Positions 26,801 through 38,538 of a stretch of DNA of 61,947 nt are shown in pieces (positions within the stretch are counted from its first letter, which is position 1; the number at the start of each line of letters is the position of its first letter). Source of the DNA: Octopus bimaculoides (Eukaryota); assembly GCF_001194135.2 (NCBI RefSeq), contig NC_068987.1:96802274-96864220 (forward strand), written 5' to 3'. The notes under the pieces are model-generated. The model saw nothing but the letters and a program-made list of their open reading frames with translations. It did not search any database and was not told where the DNA came from. The translations under genes and the position numbers were made by a program.

Positions 26801-27616
26801 TGAAGAAATTTAATGAAAATACTATAGAGAATTTCTCGAGGTTTATATTAATAAAAAAAAAATAGTCGAAGAAACACGGAAATGTAAGCAGGAACATCGG
26901 AATGAAATTAAAAGTTCAGTTTTTTTTTTTTACATAGATTTTCGAACCTGTAAAATATACAACCATTTTAAGGAAGGAAAATAAAATAAACAAAGCATTT
27001 TTTTTTGGCGGGGCAAATTTGTTTGGGTTCAGAATCATAAGGACCATCTCTTATTAACACATTTTAACTGCACTCGAAAGCGATTTCGAGGTGGACGGAC
27101 GACAAATGAAAATGTCAAAGTAGACAAATCGATAATTCTTCATAATTTTTTATTATATATAAAAAGGCGATTTATATGGGTCATCGTATTTGTAAGTTCT
27201 CGTCCATGAAATCTACTCTGATGTTCATAAATTTAATCGGACATTGATTATTGTGAACAACTAAAAGGCGGGGGTGGCGGGAATCAATAGCAATCGACAT
27301 CTTTAAGTACAAGAACAAAACAGATTTAGTCCGTTGACTCCAGCTTGGTTGCGAGGCAAATGTGATCACAGTAGAGTTTGAAATCAAAATGCATTAAAAA
27401 ATATCGCGAGGCATTTCGTCCTTTGTTCTACTGATTCTGCCACGTAATGTCTTAACAATTACAAGAGCGCGATGGGTGGTAGTAACGATATACTTTGTTT
27501 AAGTGAACAGGATGATCAACGAAGCAAAATATTTCATTTTAATGTATCATTATCGCCATTTGTTCATAATACAACATATGAGTGTGAAAAAAATAATAAA
27601 ACAGTACTTACGCCAT
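23801..27616 (-). promoter_or_regulatory. ATF4 inhibitory uORF2, spliced (27616-27612, 24224-24153, 23948-23801), 74 codons, overlaps main ORF out of frame
   Basis: 5+72+148=225 nt, open: MADSNMFPNCHFSWFSKIFLVWHQWRSLQYVCVLAFATEISHIDDNRKKHGYGTERFRTRLVGRGKTGYEFDER*; stop TGA at 23803-23801. Confidence 0.78.
24153..24224 (-). other. ATF4: ATF4 5' leader exon 2 (72 nt)
   Basis: Pyrimidine tract and taatag| acceptor at 24225; perfect GAG|gtgagt donor at 24152; keeps uORF2 open across both junctions. Confidence 0.8.
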
Positions 27617-27715
27617 TGTGCAAAGCTAAACTTCGCAACTAGAAAGTTGCTACAGAAGAAATTAGTAAGACATCTTTGGAGCAAACTTGTTAATGACAAT
27701 GTAGGCAGTTAAGTG
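27612..27715 (-). other. ATF4: ATF4 5' leader exon 1 (TSS approximate)
   Basis: Starts ~30 nt after TATATAAG (27738-27745); contains ATG TCT TAC TAA and ends ATGGC|gtaagt (donor 27611). Confidence 0.75.
27662..27673 (-). promoter_or_regulatory. ATF4 uORF1 (Met-Ser-Tyr-stop)
   Basis: ATG TCT TAC TAA; same 3-codon length and M-x-Y pattern as the vertebrate ATF4 uORF1. Confidence 0.8.
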
Positions 27716-27737
27716 GTGAAAGTAGTGCGACGTCTTA

Positions 27738-27975
27738 CTTATATAGCTAGATCCAAATTTTCGTAATATTGAAAATTTCTACAAAAGACACCAAAATTTC
27801 TCAAAAATAAACTAATTAATTGTGATAATTACAAAATAACAACAAAACAACAAGTTTTTAAAATGTAAAATAGAGTAATACATTTGGCACTATTTGTTTT
27901 CGCGTGTTTATATCGGCGTTATGTATGCAGGCTGATGCAATAACATGAAGGCCTTTTAACTGATTGGTCAATTGG
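27738..27975 (-). promoter_or_regulatory. Candidate ATF4 promoter: TATA box, CARE/AARE, two CCAAT boxes
   Basis: TATATAAG 27738-27745; TGATGCAAT 27933-27941; ATTGG at 27963-27967 and 27971-27975 (CCAAT on minus strand). Confidence 0.6.
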
Positions 27976-28391
27976 TGTCTCACCCAAGAATAAATTTTAT
28001 ACATACTTATGTGATATACATGCGCGCGTGTGTGTGTGTGTGTGTGTGTGTGCGCGTGTATGTGTATGTGTGTGTGTGTGTTCAGAGAACATGTAAGTGG
28101 GTGTTAATTTATGACACACACACTCACACACACACACATACACACGCACACACACACACATACACACGCACATACACACACATATCCTTTCTATCTTCAC
28201 AATTTTTCGCTCTCATGTTTTTCTTAGCCTGGCATTCTTCTATTATTCATTCTTAATACCCTGTGTACATTTTCTCATTCATTTCCTTTCTTTCTTTCTT
28301 TCTTTCTACACATACAACATATTTTATTTCCTGTACGAATATCGCTTGGCCTAACGTCAGGATTCATTATAGAACATGTTATATCATGAAC

Positions 28392-28392
<1 letters not shown>

Positions 28393-28455
<63 letters not shown>
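28393..28455. repeat. (TCTA)n microsatellite at gap edge; other large arrays (TG)n 177-212, 37614-37682, 53858-53946; (TATG)n 29413-29466, 30061-30126, 40560-40680; (CA)n 54225-54314; (TTTC)n ~56710-56815
   Basis: Direct reading of simple tandem repeats. Confidence 0.95.
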
Positions 28456-29483
28456 NNNNNNNNNNNNNNNNNNNNNNNNNNNNNNNNNNNNNNNNNNNNN
28501 NNNNNNNNNNNNNNNNNNNNNNNNNNNNNNNNNNNNNNNNNNNNNNNNNNNNNNNNNNNNNNNNNNNNNNNNNNNNNNNNNNNNNNNNNNNNNNNNNNNN
28601 NNNNNNNNNNNNNNNNNNNNNNNNNNNNNNNNNNNNNNNNNNNNNNNNNNNNNNNNNNNNNNNNNNNNNNNNNNNNNNNNNNNNNNNNNNNNNNNNNNNN
28701 NNNNNNNNNNNNNNNNNNNNNNNNNNNNNNNNNNNNNNNNNNNNNNNNNNNNNNNATATATATATATATATATATATATATAGACTGCACCGCACGAAGA
28801 ATTATAGTCGAACGAATCGATCCCAGTACTTATTTTTACTTTCTTAAAAGCCTTGTACTTATTTTATCCTTCTCCTTTGCCAAACCACTAAGTTACGGTG
28901 AACCTAGACGCACATACACAAACACGCACGCACGCACGCACAAACGCACTCATGCACGCACACTCGCGCGCGCGCGCGCACACACACACACACGACAGGC
29001 TTCTTTTAGTTTCCGTCAACCAAATCCACTTACAAGTCTTTGGTCGGCCCGAAGCTACAGTAGGTGTCATGCAGTGGGATTAACTCGGAACCATATGGTT
29101 GCTACTATCCATTGATACGGAAGAAGAATGCTGGAAAGATCTATTTTCATTTATACGCCTATAAACCACTATAGATTAAATTTACAGCCTGATCTTCCTC
29201 CGGTGATCAGTGGTATGTGTCAGCAGCTGGTTAGTTCTATCGATTTCTTATTGATTTCTTTGAGGGAGAGAATAATCTATTGTACCGATATCAGTCATCG
29301 ACTGATGCTTATTTTATCGACCTAGGATAGATGAAAAACAATGTCAACCACCGCCACCAAATGTTTAAAGAACTTTAATACTTTCAAGTGTTTGGTCTGA
29401 CGCTTAGCCAATCATGTATGTATGTATGTATGTATGTATGTATGTATGTATGTATGTATGTATGTACGCACGTATATATGTAT

Positions 29484-30060
29484 ACGAGATGTCTCAGGCA
29501 CATACTCAATGTTAGCTGGACCTCAAAAGTTCCAGACACACAGATCCTGAGGACAGCTGATATCTTGAGTATTGAGGCGATGGTGCACAAGCACCGGTTA
29601 CGTTGGACTGGACACCTTATTAGAATGAAGGATAGCAGGATTCCTAAGCAGATGCTCTATGGAGAACTTGTGAATGGAAGGAGACTCCGGCAGAAACCAA
29701 GGCTTCGCTTTAAGGACTGTGTCAAGTCCTCATTAAAGGCCTGTGATATGCTGGACACTGACTGGGAGAACAATGCCTGTCATCGCCACAGATGGAGGAA
29801 GCAGGTTAAGGAGGGGATCGACACTTTTGAGAGAGCACGTATCCAGCATGAAGAACTTAAGCGAGCTGCGCGAAAGCGCACGGCTCGTATAGTGAATGGG
29901 GAAAGCTTAATCTGCAATGTTTGCAGTCGTGTATGCTTGTCAAGAGCAGGGCTCATTAGCCACCAACGGAGCCGCAAATGCAAAATATAAGTTAGTCCTA
30001 GAGCGCACAATGTTCCTGAAGGTCGGCAATGGTCTTCCTCGGTCACGAGTGGACGGCCAT
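29484..30060 (+). mobile_element. 5'-truncated RTE-clade LINE: RT C-terminus, zinc-finger tail, 3' UTR
   Basis: Uninterrupted RCLRHILNVSWTSKVPD..RLRWTGHLIRMKDSRIPKQMLYGEL..RFKDCVK..CNVCSRVCLSRAGLISHQR*; (TATG)n on both sides. Confidence 0.9.
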
Positions 30061-30249
30061 CATGTATGTATGTATGTATGTATGTATGTATGTATGTATG
30101 TATGTATGTATGTATGTATGTATGCATGTTTATCTTTTTCTTCTTTTTATATGTTAGTATTTTTTCTAGAATGATATAGATGGGTTTTAATAAAGAGACG
30201 AAAATTTCACCATTGGAATTTGGATAACAATAACGATAATTGTTACATA

Positions 30250-31830
30250 TCGCACTTTCAGAAAGTCTTACATATTTTTGCTATTCCACTTACAGATTAC
30301 ATCTGTGAAGTTCTTGGTAGCTGTTCTCTTTCTTTGCTTGAAAATCTTAGCTTCTTCAAATTCTGACATAGGTATTTACTAACATAACCGAGTGTACATT
30401 CATATTGTTATAAATGTAAATTTATACGCAGGATTGAGAAGTTGCGGGTTTCGAAGCAACTATCCACAGTTATTCTCCCTTCTCGTTAATTTCGGAAGAG
30501 ATGGTCACATATGCAGGGCAACTAACGTCTATAAATGTGCACAAATTTTGTTTTCAGTCCCGAATAACTATGTCAGACCTGTTACGTTTGAATTTGGTAG
30601 CAATATTGATAGGATTTCACGTTTATGTATTTGTTTTGTAAGATTCCTGATGTGAAATTGTCTGTTGAAACAGATATCGTTATATTTTGGGACGGTCATA
30701 TTTTTTTGCCAAATAACCACACGCACTGTATACTCGTTCTTCACTTCACTTCATTATTATTCTTATTTTAGTATCCTTTGTCTGAAATCTTTCGTCACAC
30801 ATCCTATGACCTTCTCAGCGACTCTCCATCTCATGTATCTCCTTCTGCTTTGTTTAGTCCACTCTTATCATTCTGTGTTTCTCTTCCAGCTCTTTGCTGA
30901 GATGTGCGAGCTTACACGTCTGGGTTCGTATGGGAGGTCATCAGGAAATGATTGTTTCTTGAGGACTTCACTGCCGATTCCATATGATATTGTTCATTTC
31001 ATTTTTGAACACTTGATTGTATTTATTTTTACAGGTATTGTTTTGCAGATGCTGTCAGAACAATCTTGTACAACGCCTGAAGGTAGTCGGTACTGATCTT
31101 AAGCCTCTTCCTCTCTTTTTTTCTTTTGAGATAGTCTGTCGATATCGCTGTTTTTGTGAAAATTTGCAGTCAATGTCAGAATCTTGCGGGTCTTAATATC
31201 TACGGAGCGGATTTCCTCTACAGACCGGATGAGCATCCCAAATACGTTGTAGGATATTGTCCTGAAGAGAAAAACTCTGACCACCATATCTTGTTATAGT
31301 TTTCTATAATATTCGTTGGTTATTCTATCCTTGTTCACATTACCTTCGCATGATATATTGGTATATTTTCACCAAAACTTAGGTATTTATAACACTCATT
31401 TTGTAGAACAGGGTTGAAAGAGGGTCCATTAACGAAAAGTTTTTTACGTTTGGGGAACAGTTTTTTCATGTTCATTTGTTAAATATCGACATTTTTTTGA
31501 CCAAACTCCACTACCATAATCAATGGAAAATGGTGCAATTAACAGACAGTACCCGTAGCTGACTACGAGGCCTCTTGTCTCCTGCCATTAATGTAACTTT
31601 TTCACTGCATTGATAAAAGTTTCAACGTCGGTCGTGTAAGTTTTGCTACTGATATTGGTGCAGTATTTTTGAGTTGTTTCCTCGTTCCAGATCTCAGACT
31701 AGAATGATTATATATATTTTTATTTAAGTCTCTGAAATGGATTTGGAGAAAAATGTGTTTCTATAATGATCAATTTTCTGTATTTTCGAGTCTTTAAACG
31801 CTATCAGCAGTACTCCAGTTGGTGTTACGA
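30250..31830 (-). mobile_element. Degraded R4/Dong-like non-LTR retrotransposon (RT C-terminus plus restriction-like endonuclease)
   Basis: Fragments VEFGQKKC, YKYL, DIKTRKILTLTANFHKNSDIDRL, NRSDIVIRD..TFIDVSCP (PD..D REL motif), GIAKICKTFL; many stops and frameshifts. Confidence 0.75.
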
Positions 31831-32881
31831 TGTAGTTGAAACATATTTGGTTTGTGTCACGTGACCATATAAAACAGTATTAGGAAAACGAACTCCATGT
31901 TTGCGGGCAAAATGTTTCCTACATTCAAATAGAAATCACACTCTGATGAAGCTCTTAAAATCTCATATGAAATAAAGCATTTATGTCTTAAAGCCAAAGC
32001 AGTAATCCATTGTAAATTATAGGCAGGTGAATTTTTAAAATTCAAAATTTATTATTTTTCTCAACATGGCTAAAGTTCCACAGGTACTCATACATTTTCA
32101 GTTTACCCCTCACATAGATTCCTAACCTAGCTCTTCTAGTTCAGGAAATCTGCTGGTTCCCACTAAAATCCTAAATAACTTTTTATCCTTAAAATGCTAC
32201 AATATCTCTTGGCTGTTGGCTGAACTTTTTTGCTTGTTTTTTTTTTTTTGTAATAAACATTTCAGTCCTACATTTGCAGTTTTTCATCTTTGTAAAAAAT
32301 GTAAAAAGGAAGTTTAGCTTGTCCAGGGTGTCAACAAATCTAAATCCGGCCTTGTGCATAGCCGCTGTAGAAGAGTGGTAGATGAAACGTATTTGTGTCA
32401 GACATCGTCGTTACAAAACTGGTGGATCTACGATTAGTCAGCTAAATTGAAATATCAAATAGTTGGGATTGTATGATAGAAGAAAGTGAAGTGTATTTAC
32501 CCCTTTGAAAGCAACCAGCCGATACCGCTTCTGGAGTGTGGTCTAGGTGCCAAGGGGGCGGCAGCACGAAAAAGTTTGGGAGCCACTACCTATCACTGAC
32601 TAGCTGATTGGAGCTTTATTAAATGTTTTTATCAACATGTACACTTATGTAACTCCTGTCGGTAAAGAAACATGAAATAAATAATACCAACATTTTCAGT
32701 TTTTTGATATGTAGTTACTCTGCAATAAATATTATCCTGTATTTAACAACGGTATTCTCTAGTGTTGACAACACTCATATGGATCATAAAGTCTACCAAT
32801 ATTCTTTGGAGAACTGGAATAAGAAGATGTGCTTCATGAGGACATAGATTGGATTATAACCCCATATACATATTATATATA

Positions 32882-33115
32882 GGGAGAATTCACAAAAAAA
32901 AAACAAAACAAACGAACAAAAAACAAAAAAAACAAAAGACGAAGACAGGTGGTGTAGACAGCAAACAGATGTATTAGTTTAACGCTCGGGAAGTGAAAAA
33001 GTCTTTAACGTTTCGAGCCTACGCTCTTCTACAGAAAGGAACACAGAAAGAAGCAGGGAGAGAAAATAAAGAATGTGTTGTGGCTAGCGATCTATCATGG
33101 CGAATGCCGGACAGA
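32882..33115 (-). mobile_element. Penelope-like element terminal-repeat fragment
   Basis: Contains ..GAAGAGCGTAGGCTCGAAACGT.. motif characteristic of Penelope/Neptune pseudo-LTRs; no ORF retained. Confidence 0.65.
33003..33038 (-). ncRNA. Minimal type-I hammerhead-ribozyme-like motif with variant core
   Basis: CUUU-CUGUAGA-A-GAGC(GUAG)GCUC-GAAA-CGUU-AAAG: stems I and II pair, stem III is an ACGU palindrome, core has U at the A6 position. Confidence 0.6.
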
Positions 33116-33165
33116 GGGGTCGGTGCCCCAGCATGGCTGCGGTCTAATGACTAAAACAAGTAAAA

Positions 33166-33197
<32 letters not shown>

Positions 33198-34099
33198 CGA
33201 TCAATGAATGTTGGAAGTTACCAATTTTGTAGCAGTTAGATGTAAGATCCAATTTTAATAGTTGCTAAACACCAGAGGTCACCAATTATAATGATTATGT
33301 GTTACAATAATAATATGTACCGAATAAATGAGTGAAAGATATTTTAATTCTTAGTTTAAAGTGGCTCTTTATTTATTCGTTTCTTCTCTAGGCACAAGGC
33401 CCGAAATGTTTTTGGGGTAGCGGGACCAGTCGATTAGATCGATTCCAGTACGCAACTGGTACTTAATTTATCGACCTCGAAAGGATGAAAGGCAAAGTCG
33501 ACCTCGGCGGAATTTGAACTCAGAACGTAAAGACAGACGAAATACTGCTAAAGCATTGCGCCCGGCGTGCTAACGTTTCTGCCAGCTCACCGCCTTAATG
33601 GCTTTTTATTTATTATCGTCTTCGTTACAATGTAAATGACAACTACTTCGAGTTGTGGAACACAAATCATTTTAGTCCACTCCGTTGGTAAACTTCATCT
33701 ATGGGTTCCTCCTGGAAAGAGAGAAAGAGCAAAAGAATGGAGGCAGATAGAAAAAAGTAAGAGCTGTGTTGTCCCTCGCATAAAGGTGCTTCCTCCATTG
33801 GCGTCGGAATAAAGAAGAAGGAAGAAAGAGAGATGCTCTCTAATCAGAGGCCAAGAGACAAAAGATAGAGAACCGATCTTTGGTTACGTATTTGTATTTT
33901 CTCTAACTAAAGCAGGTCAGATTAAACAGAGGATTTCCCCTCTGTATCAGTTTTGACCCATGCATGTCTCGAAAAGGTTGAGGCCAATTTACTTTCATAA
34001 ATTTCCTAGTGCAACAGGCGAAAACAGGAGGCAGAAAACGTGTAGAAAAATGTAGATTCGGTTTCGAATCCTGGCTTAGAAATTCGAAAGCTATTCCTT

Positions 34100-34137
<38 letters not shown>

Positions 34138-34167
34138 ACACACACGTACGTGCATACCTACGTATGT

Positions 34168-34550
34168 GTGGAGGCGCAATGGCCCAGTGGTTAGGGCAGC
34201 GGACTCGCAGTCGTAGGCTCGCGGTTTCGATTCCCAGACCGGGCGTTGTGAGTGCTTATTGAGCGAAAACACCTAAAGTTCCACAAGGCTCCGGTAGGGG
34301 ATGGTGGCGAACCCTGCTGTACTCTTTCGCCACAACTTTCTCTCACTCTTACTTCCTGTTTCTGTTGTGCCTGTAATTCAACAGGGTCAGCCTTGTCACA
34401 CTCTGTGCCTCGCTGAATATCCCTGAGAACTACGTTAAGGGTACACGTGTCTGTGGAGTGCTCAGCCACTTGCACGTTAATTTCACGAGCAGGCTGTTCC
34501 GTTGATCGGATCAACTGGAACCCTCGTCGTCGTAACCGACGGAGTGCCAA
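34168..34550 (+). mobile_element. Full-length tRNA-derived SINE (same family); further copies 56930-57312(+) and 3' fragment 37442-37548
   Basis: A-box TGGCCCAGTGG, B-box GGTTTCGATTCC, ~380-nt body shared with other copies; followed by (TATG)n. Confidence 0.9.
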
Positions 34551-35787
34551 CCATGTATGTATGTATGTATGTATGTATGTATGTATGTATGTATGTGTCT
34601 TAGTGTTTGTGATGTCCTCCATGGCCACTTGACAACCAGTGTTGGTTTGTTCACGTCCCCGCACATTATCAATTTATCAAAAAAGACCGATAGAATAAGC
34701 ACCAGACTCGAAGAATTAAGCACTGGTGTCAATTTGTTCGACTAACACCTTTCATGGCAGTGCTCCAGCATAGCCGTAGTCTAAAGACTGAAACGAGTGC
34801 CCCACCCCCGCCGAAAAAGGGGTGGCGATCAAATCCACAGTTTCTTTGTCAAACCCACATTTTGTTTGCTATGAATTCTGGCCATGTCATGACATTTGCA
34901 GTGAAGTGAACGGGTCGGTTTTAGTTCACACAGTACGTTCTGATTAATACAGAGACCGAACAACAAACTAAAAAAAAAAAACCAATAAAAACAACACATA
35001 ACCAGCACTACTGCTTAACCATTCCCACATCACACATAAACGAGTGCCACTACATGTTTGTAAGTGTTGCAACAACGTCTACGGCTACAAGAACGACTGT
35101 AAGTAACTATAGTCCCTCTCTCCTCTCTTTCTCTCTCTCTTTCTCTCTCTCTCTCCACTTCTCTGTTTTTACGTCAGTAATTCTCGTGACTTCTTCTGTC
35201 AATACATCCAGTCTGCTTGATGTCTATCGCCATTTATCTCTTCTCTGCAAATATAAACTCAATAATAATTTCTATAAATAGACAGGGGAAAATCACAATT
35301 TCGCTTACGTCAAAAAAAAATTGCTTTCACGTAAATACACTGGCTGTCGCTTCATGTGATCTTAAGTAATATTGGTTTCAAATTTTGGTACAAGGCCAGC
35401 AATTTCGGGGAGGGCAGGAGTGGACCCAAGGGGAGGGGGCCTGAGGGGCACGTGCCCCCCTCAAGAAAAGAAGTGCACCCCCCCCCCTTCTAAATAATGT
35501 TATCACGCCCTTTTCTTCTGGAATTGTATTCCCGTCTGACCTTGTGCCCTCCCTTCGAAAAATTCCTGGGACCGCGCCCGGAGGGGTTAAGACCCCAGTG
35601 TTCAACAACTATTTATTTTATCGACCACGGAAGGATGAAATGCAAAGTCGATCTCAGTGGAATTTGAACTTAGAACGTGAAGTCGGACGAAATACCGCTA
35701 AGCCCTTTGTCCGGTATACTAACGATACAGCCAGCTCACCGCTCCTTTGATCACAAATAATATTATCAAATGGTTATCATTATCTGC

Positions 35788-36435
35788 GAGCTGGCAGAAT
35801 TGTTAGCACGCTGAGCGAAATGCTTAGCGGTATTACGCCTGTCGCTACGTTGTGAGTTCAAATCCCGCCGAGGTCGACTTTACCTTTCACCCTTTCGGGT
35901 CGATAAATTAAGTACCAGTTGAGTACTGGGATCGATGTAATCGACTATCTCCCTCCCCCAAATTTCAGGCCTGGTATAACGGGAAGGATTATCAAGATTA
36001 AAGGCTTAAAGCGGTGAGCTGGCAGAATCGTTAGCACGACGGACAAAATGCATAGCGGCATTTCGTCCGCCTTTATGCTTTGAGTTCAAATTCTGCCAAG
36101 GTCGATTTTGCCTTTCATCCTTTCAGGGTCGATAAAATAAGTACCGCTTGAAGACTGGAGTCGAAGTAATCAACAAGTCCCGTCCCCACAAAATCCCATC
36201 CGTCGTGCCTATAAGTAGAAAGGATTCTTTAAGACAGCAAGCTGGTAGAATTATTAGTGCGTCGGACAAAATGCTTAGCAACATTTCTCACGGCTTCGCT
36301 TTCTGGGTTCAAATTCCATCGAGGCAGACTTTGCCTTTTATCCTCCCGGGGTCGATGAAATAAGTACCAGTTGAGCAATGTGGTCGATGTAATCGACTAC
36401 CCCGCTCCCCACAAATTTCAGGCATTTTGTCTACA
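35788..36435 (+). mobile_element. Head-to-tail cluster of a third tRNA-derived SINE family (gctggcagaa head; gtcgactttgcctttcatcc core); other copies ~14405-14610, 33390-33600(-), 41215-41425(-), 54772-55392(-), 60262-60676(-)
   Basis: Recurrent gagttcaaat B-box and gaggtcgactttgcctttcatcctttcggggtcgataaa..agtaccag core. Confidence 0.85.
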
Positions 36436-37611
36436 GTAGAAAAAGAAAAAAAAAAAAAGAAAAAAAGAAAGAAAAAAAAAACGTTTAGGGATTGTCGATT
36501 GGCAGAATCATTAGAGTGTCGGATAAAATGCATTGCGGTATTTGTTCCGACTATACATTCTGCGTTCAAATCCCGTCGTGGTCAGCCATCTGTTGCCGAT
36601 AAAATAGGGAACAGTCAAGTACAGTCGTCGAGTTGTTGCTTTTGTGCATTGAGAAGAGAAACGTTCGTATTTTATTGTTGTTGTAATAGACAAGATATGC
36701 AAATCCCTGTAGTTTTAATATATAGACGGATGGGTTGATCACGGCTGGAATAACCTTGATTATAAGTCGACTAAAACTGGCCAAACCTGGGTCTAAACAA
36801 CTACAACAGTTATACGATGCAAAGAAGGAATCTATACGTAGTTGCTTGATGTGCTAGAAATAGCAGTTAAATCACACTGTACTATCATAAGAAAGGAATA
36901 ACGCATTGGACAATGTAGTGTCTAATATGCTGAATAATGTACACTTAGATACACTGTACCTCAAAAAGAAGAAAAAGAGGAGATTGTCACGGTTGATCCA
37001 GGTTGAAACAACAATAGCAATAACAAAAACAATTGTACTATCTAAAAGACGAGAGCTGATTATGCACCATTCTCGATCAATCAGTTGGTGAGTTTATTTC
37101 CAGAGTCGAGCCTACGTCATAACGTTTTGGACTAGTTAAGTGGTGCATCATTTCGGCACCAATACGTAATTTTTTTCTAACCAATCAGTAAATTAGACCG
37201 ATATTAAATGAACAAACATCGATGAATCATTACAAGCTTAGCAACTGGCATTGTCTGCAGTGGCTGCCAGGCTTGCAGTGAAGTTGAGATTGGCTGTGCT
37301 ACGCCTCATCAATGCAAATATCGACGTAACCCAGCACCAGTAGTATAACTGGTAGTCGTCGATCGTTGCAATAGGTAGGGCAAGAAAACAGGAAGTATCA
37401 GCCCTGATAAAAAAAATACCACGAACTCACATGCTCAACATGTACACGTGTCTGTGGAGTGCTCAACCACTTGCACGCTAATTTCACAAGCAAGCTGCTC
37501 CGTTGATCGTATCAGCTGGAACCCTCGACGTCGTAACCGACGGAGTGCTCCTATTACATGTGCATACATTCATACATAAGTATATGCATATATATACATA
37601 TATACATGCAG

Positions 37612-37682
<71 letters not shown>

Positions 37683-38459
37683 NNNNNNNNNNNNNNNNNN
37701 NNNNNNNNNNNNNNNNNNNNNNNNNNNNNNNNNNNNNNNNNNNNNNNNNNNNNNNNNNNNNNNNNNNNNNNNNNNNNACACACACACACACACACATACA
37801 CACACACACACACACAACTACACAGACGCATGCACACACACAACTACACACACACACGCACACACACACATGCATGCATACATACATACATACATACATA
37901 CATACACAAACACTCTCACAATCATTGCTTTTTGAGTATACCTGTAATATCCACCTCACGTATATTATATTCTTTGATGCTGAAATCGGAGCCCATATTG
38001 TAAGTTCATTGTATGCAATCACCCCGCTGTTTTAAGGATATCTAGCATAGATTATTCATAATGTATTTCCTTGTTTAAGATAGTATGGAGTGATCTGGAA
38101 AGTAGATCGATCGATCATAATATATAGGTTATCTTATTGCATGCGAGACAGTGCAGATAAGTACATATAATTGAAATGCCTTTTGTTAAATATTACACAT
38201 TAAAAATACGTATTATGTTAGAATCTCTATTGTTGTTTATTTTCAAGTAAGTTCTAACCAAGCAGTTGTCCGGTAGTGGTCATCTCATTTTAGAGAATAG
38301 TAAAGTCCATAAAGGAAGGAGAAAGAGAAAAGAAAAGACACAATGACCGTTTAAATGGTTTTATTCACATTTCCTACTGGTCGATAAATCAGTTAGGCTG
38401 TGACAAGCTATGATAGTCATCTTCACTTCGCGGAACGGAAAGTATAAATATACTATATA

Positions 38460-38538
38460 CTGGGTGCGGCAGAAAGGTTGCCGCGATTGTTTTTTTTATT
38501 AACCTTTGAAATCGGGGCAACCTTTCTGCCACACCCAA
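38460..38538. mobile_element. 79-bp mariner-type micro-MITE
   Basis: TA at 38458-59 and 38539-40; ~23-bp near-perfect TIR (c/t)tgggtg(c/t)ggcagaaaggttgcc. Confidence 0.8.

Noticed and set aside
26900-26950. Acceptor-like site followed by ATG TAA start-stop in ATF4 intron 1
   Set aside because: No convincing downstream donor; the 27612-to-24224 splice already gives a coherent in-frame uORF2.
31942-31975. CTGATGA...GAAA hammerhead-like motif
   Set aside because: No pairing stem II or stem III; chance match.
34168-34240. tRNA-like sequence with A and B boxes (also 18514, 23278, 56930)
   Set aside because: Continues into a shared ~300-nt body with TSDs; these are SINE heads, not tRNA genes.
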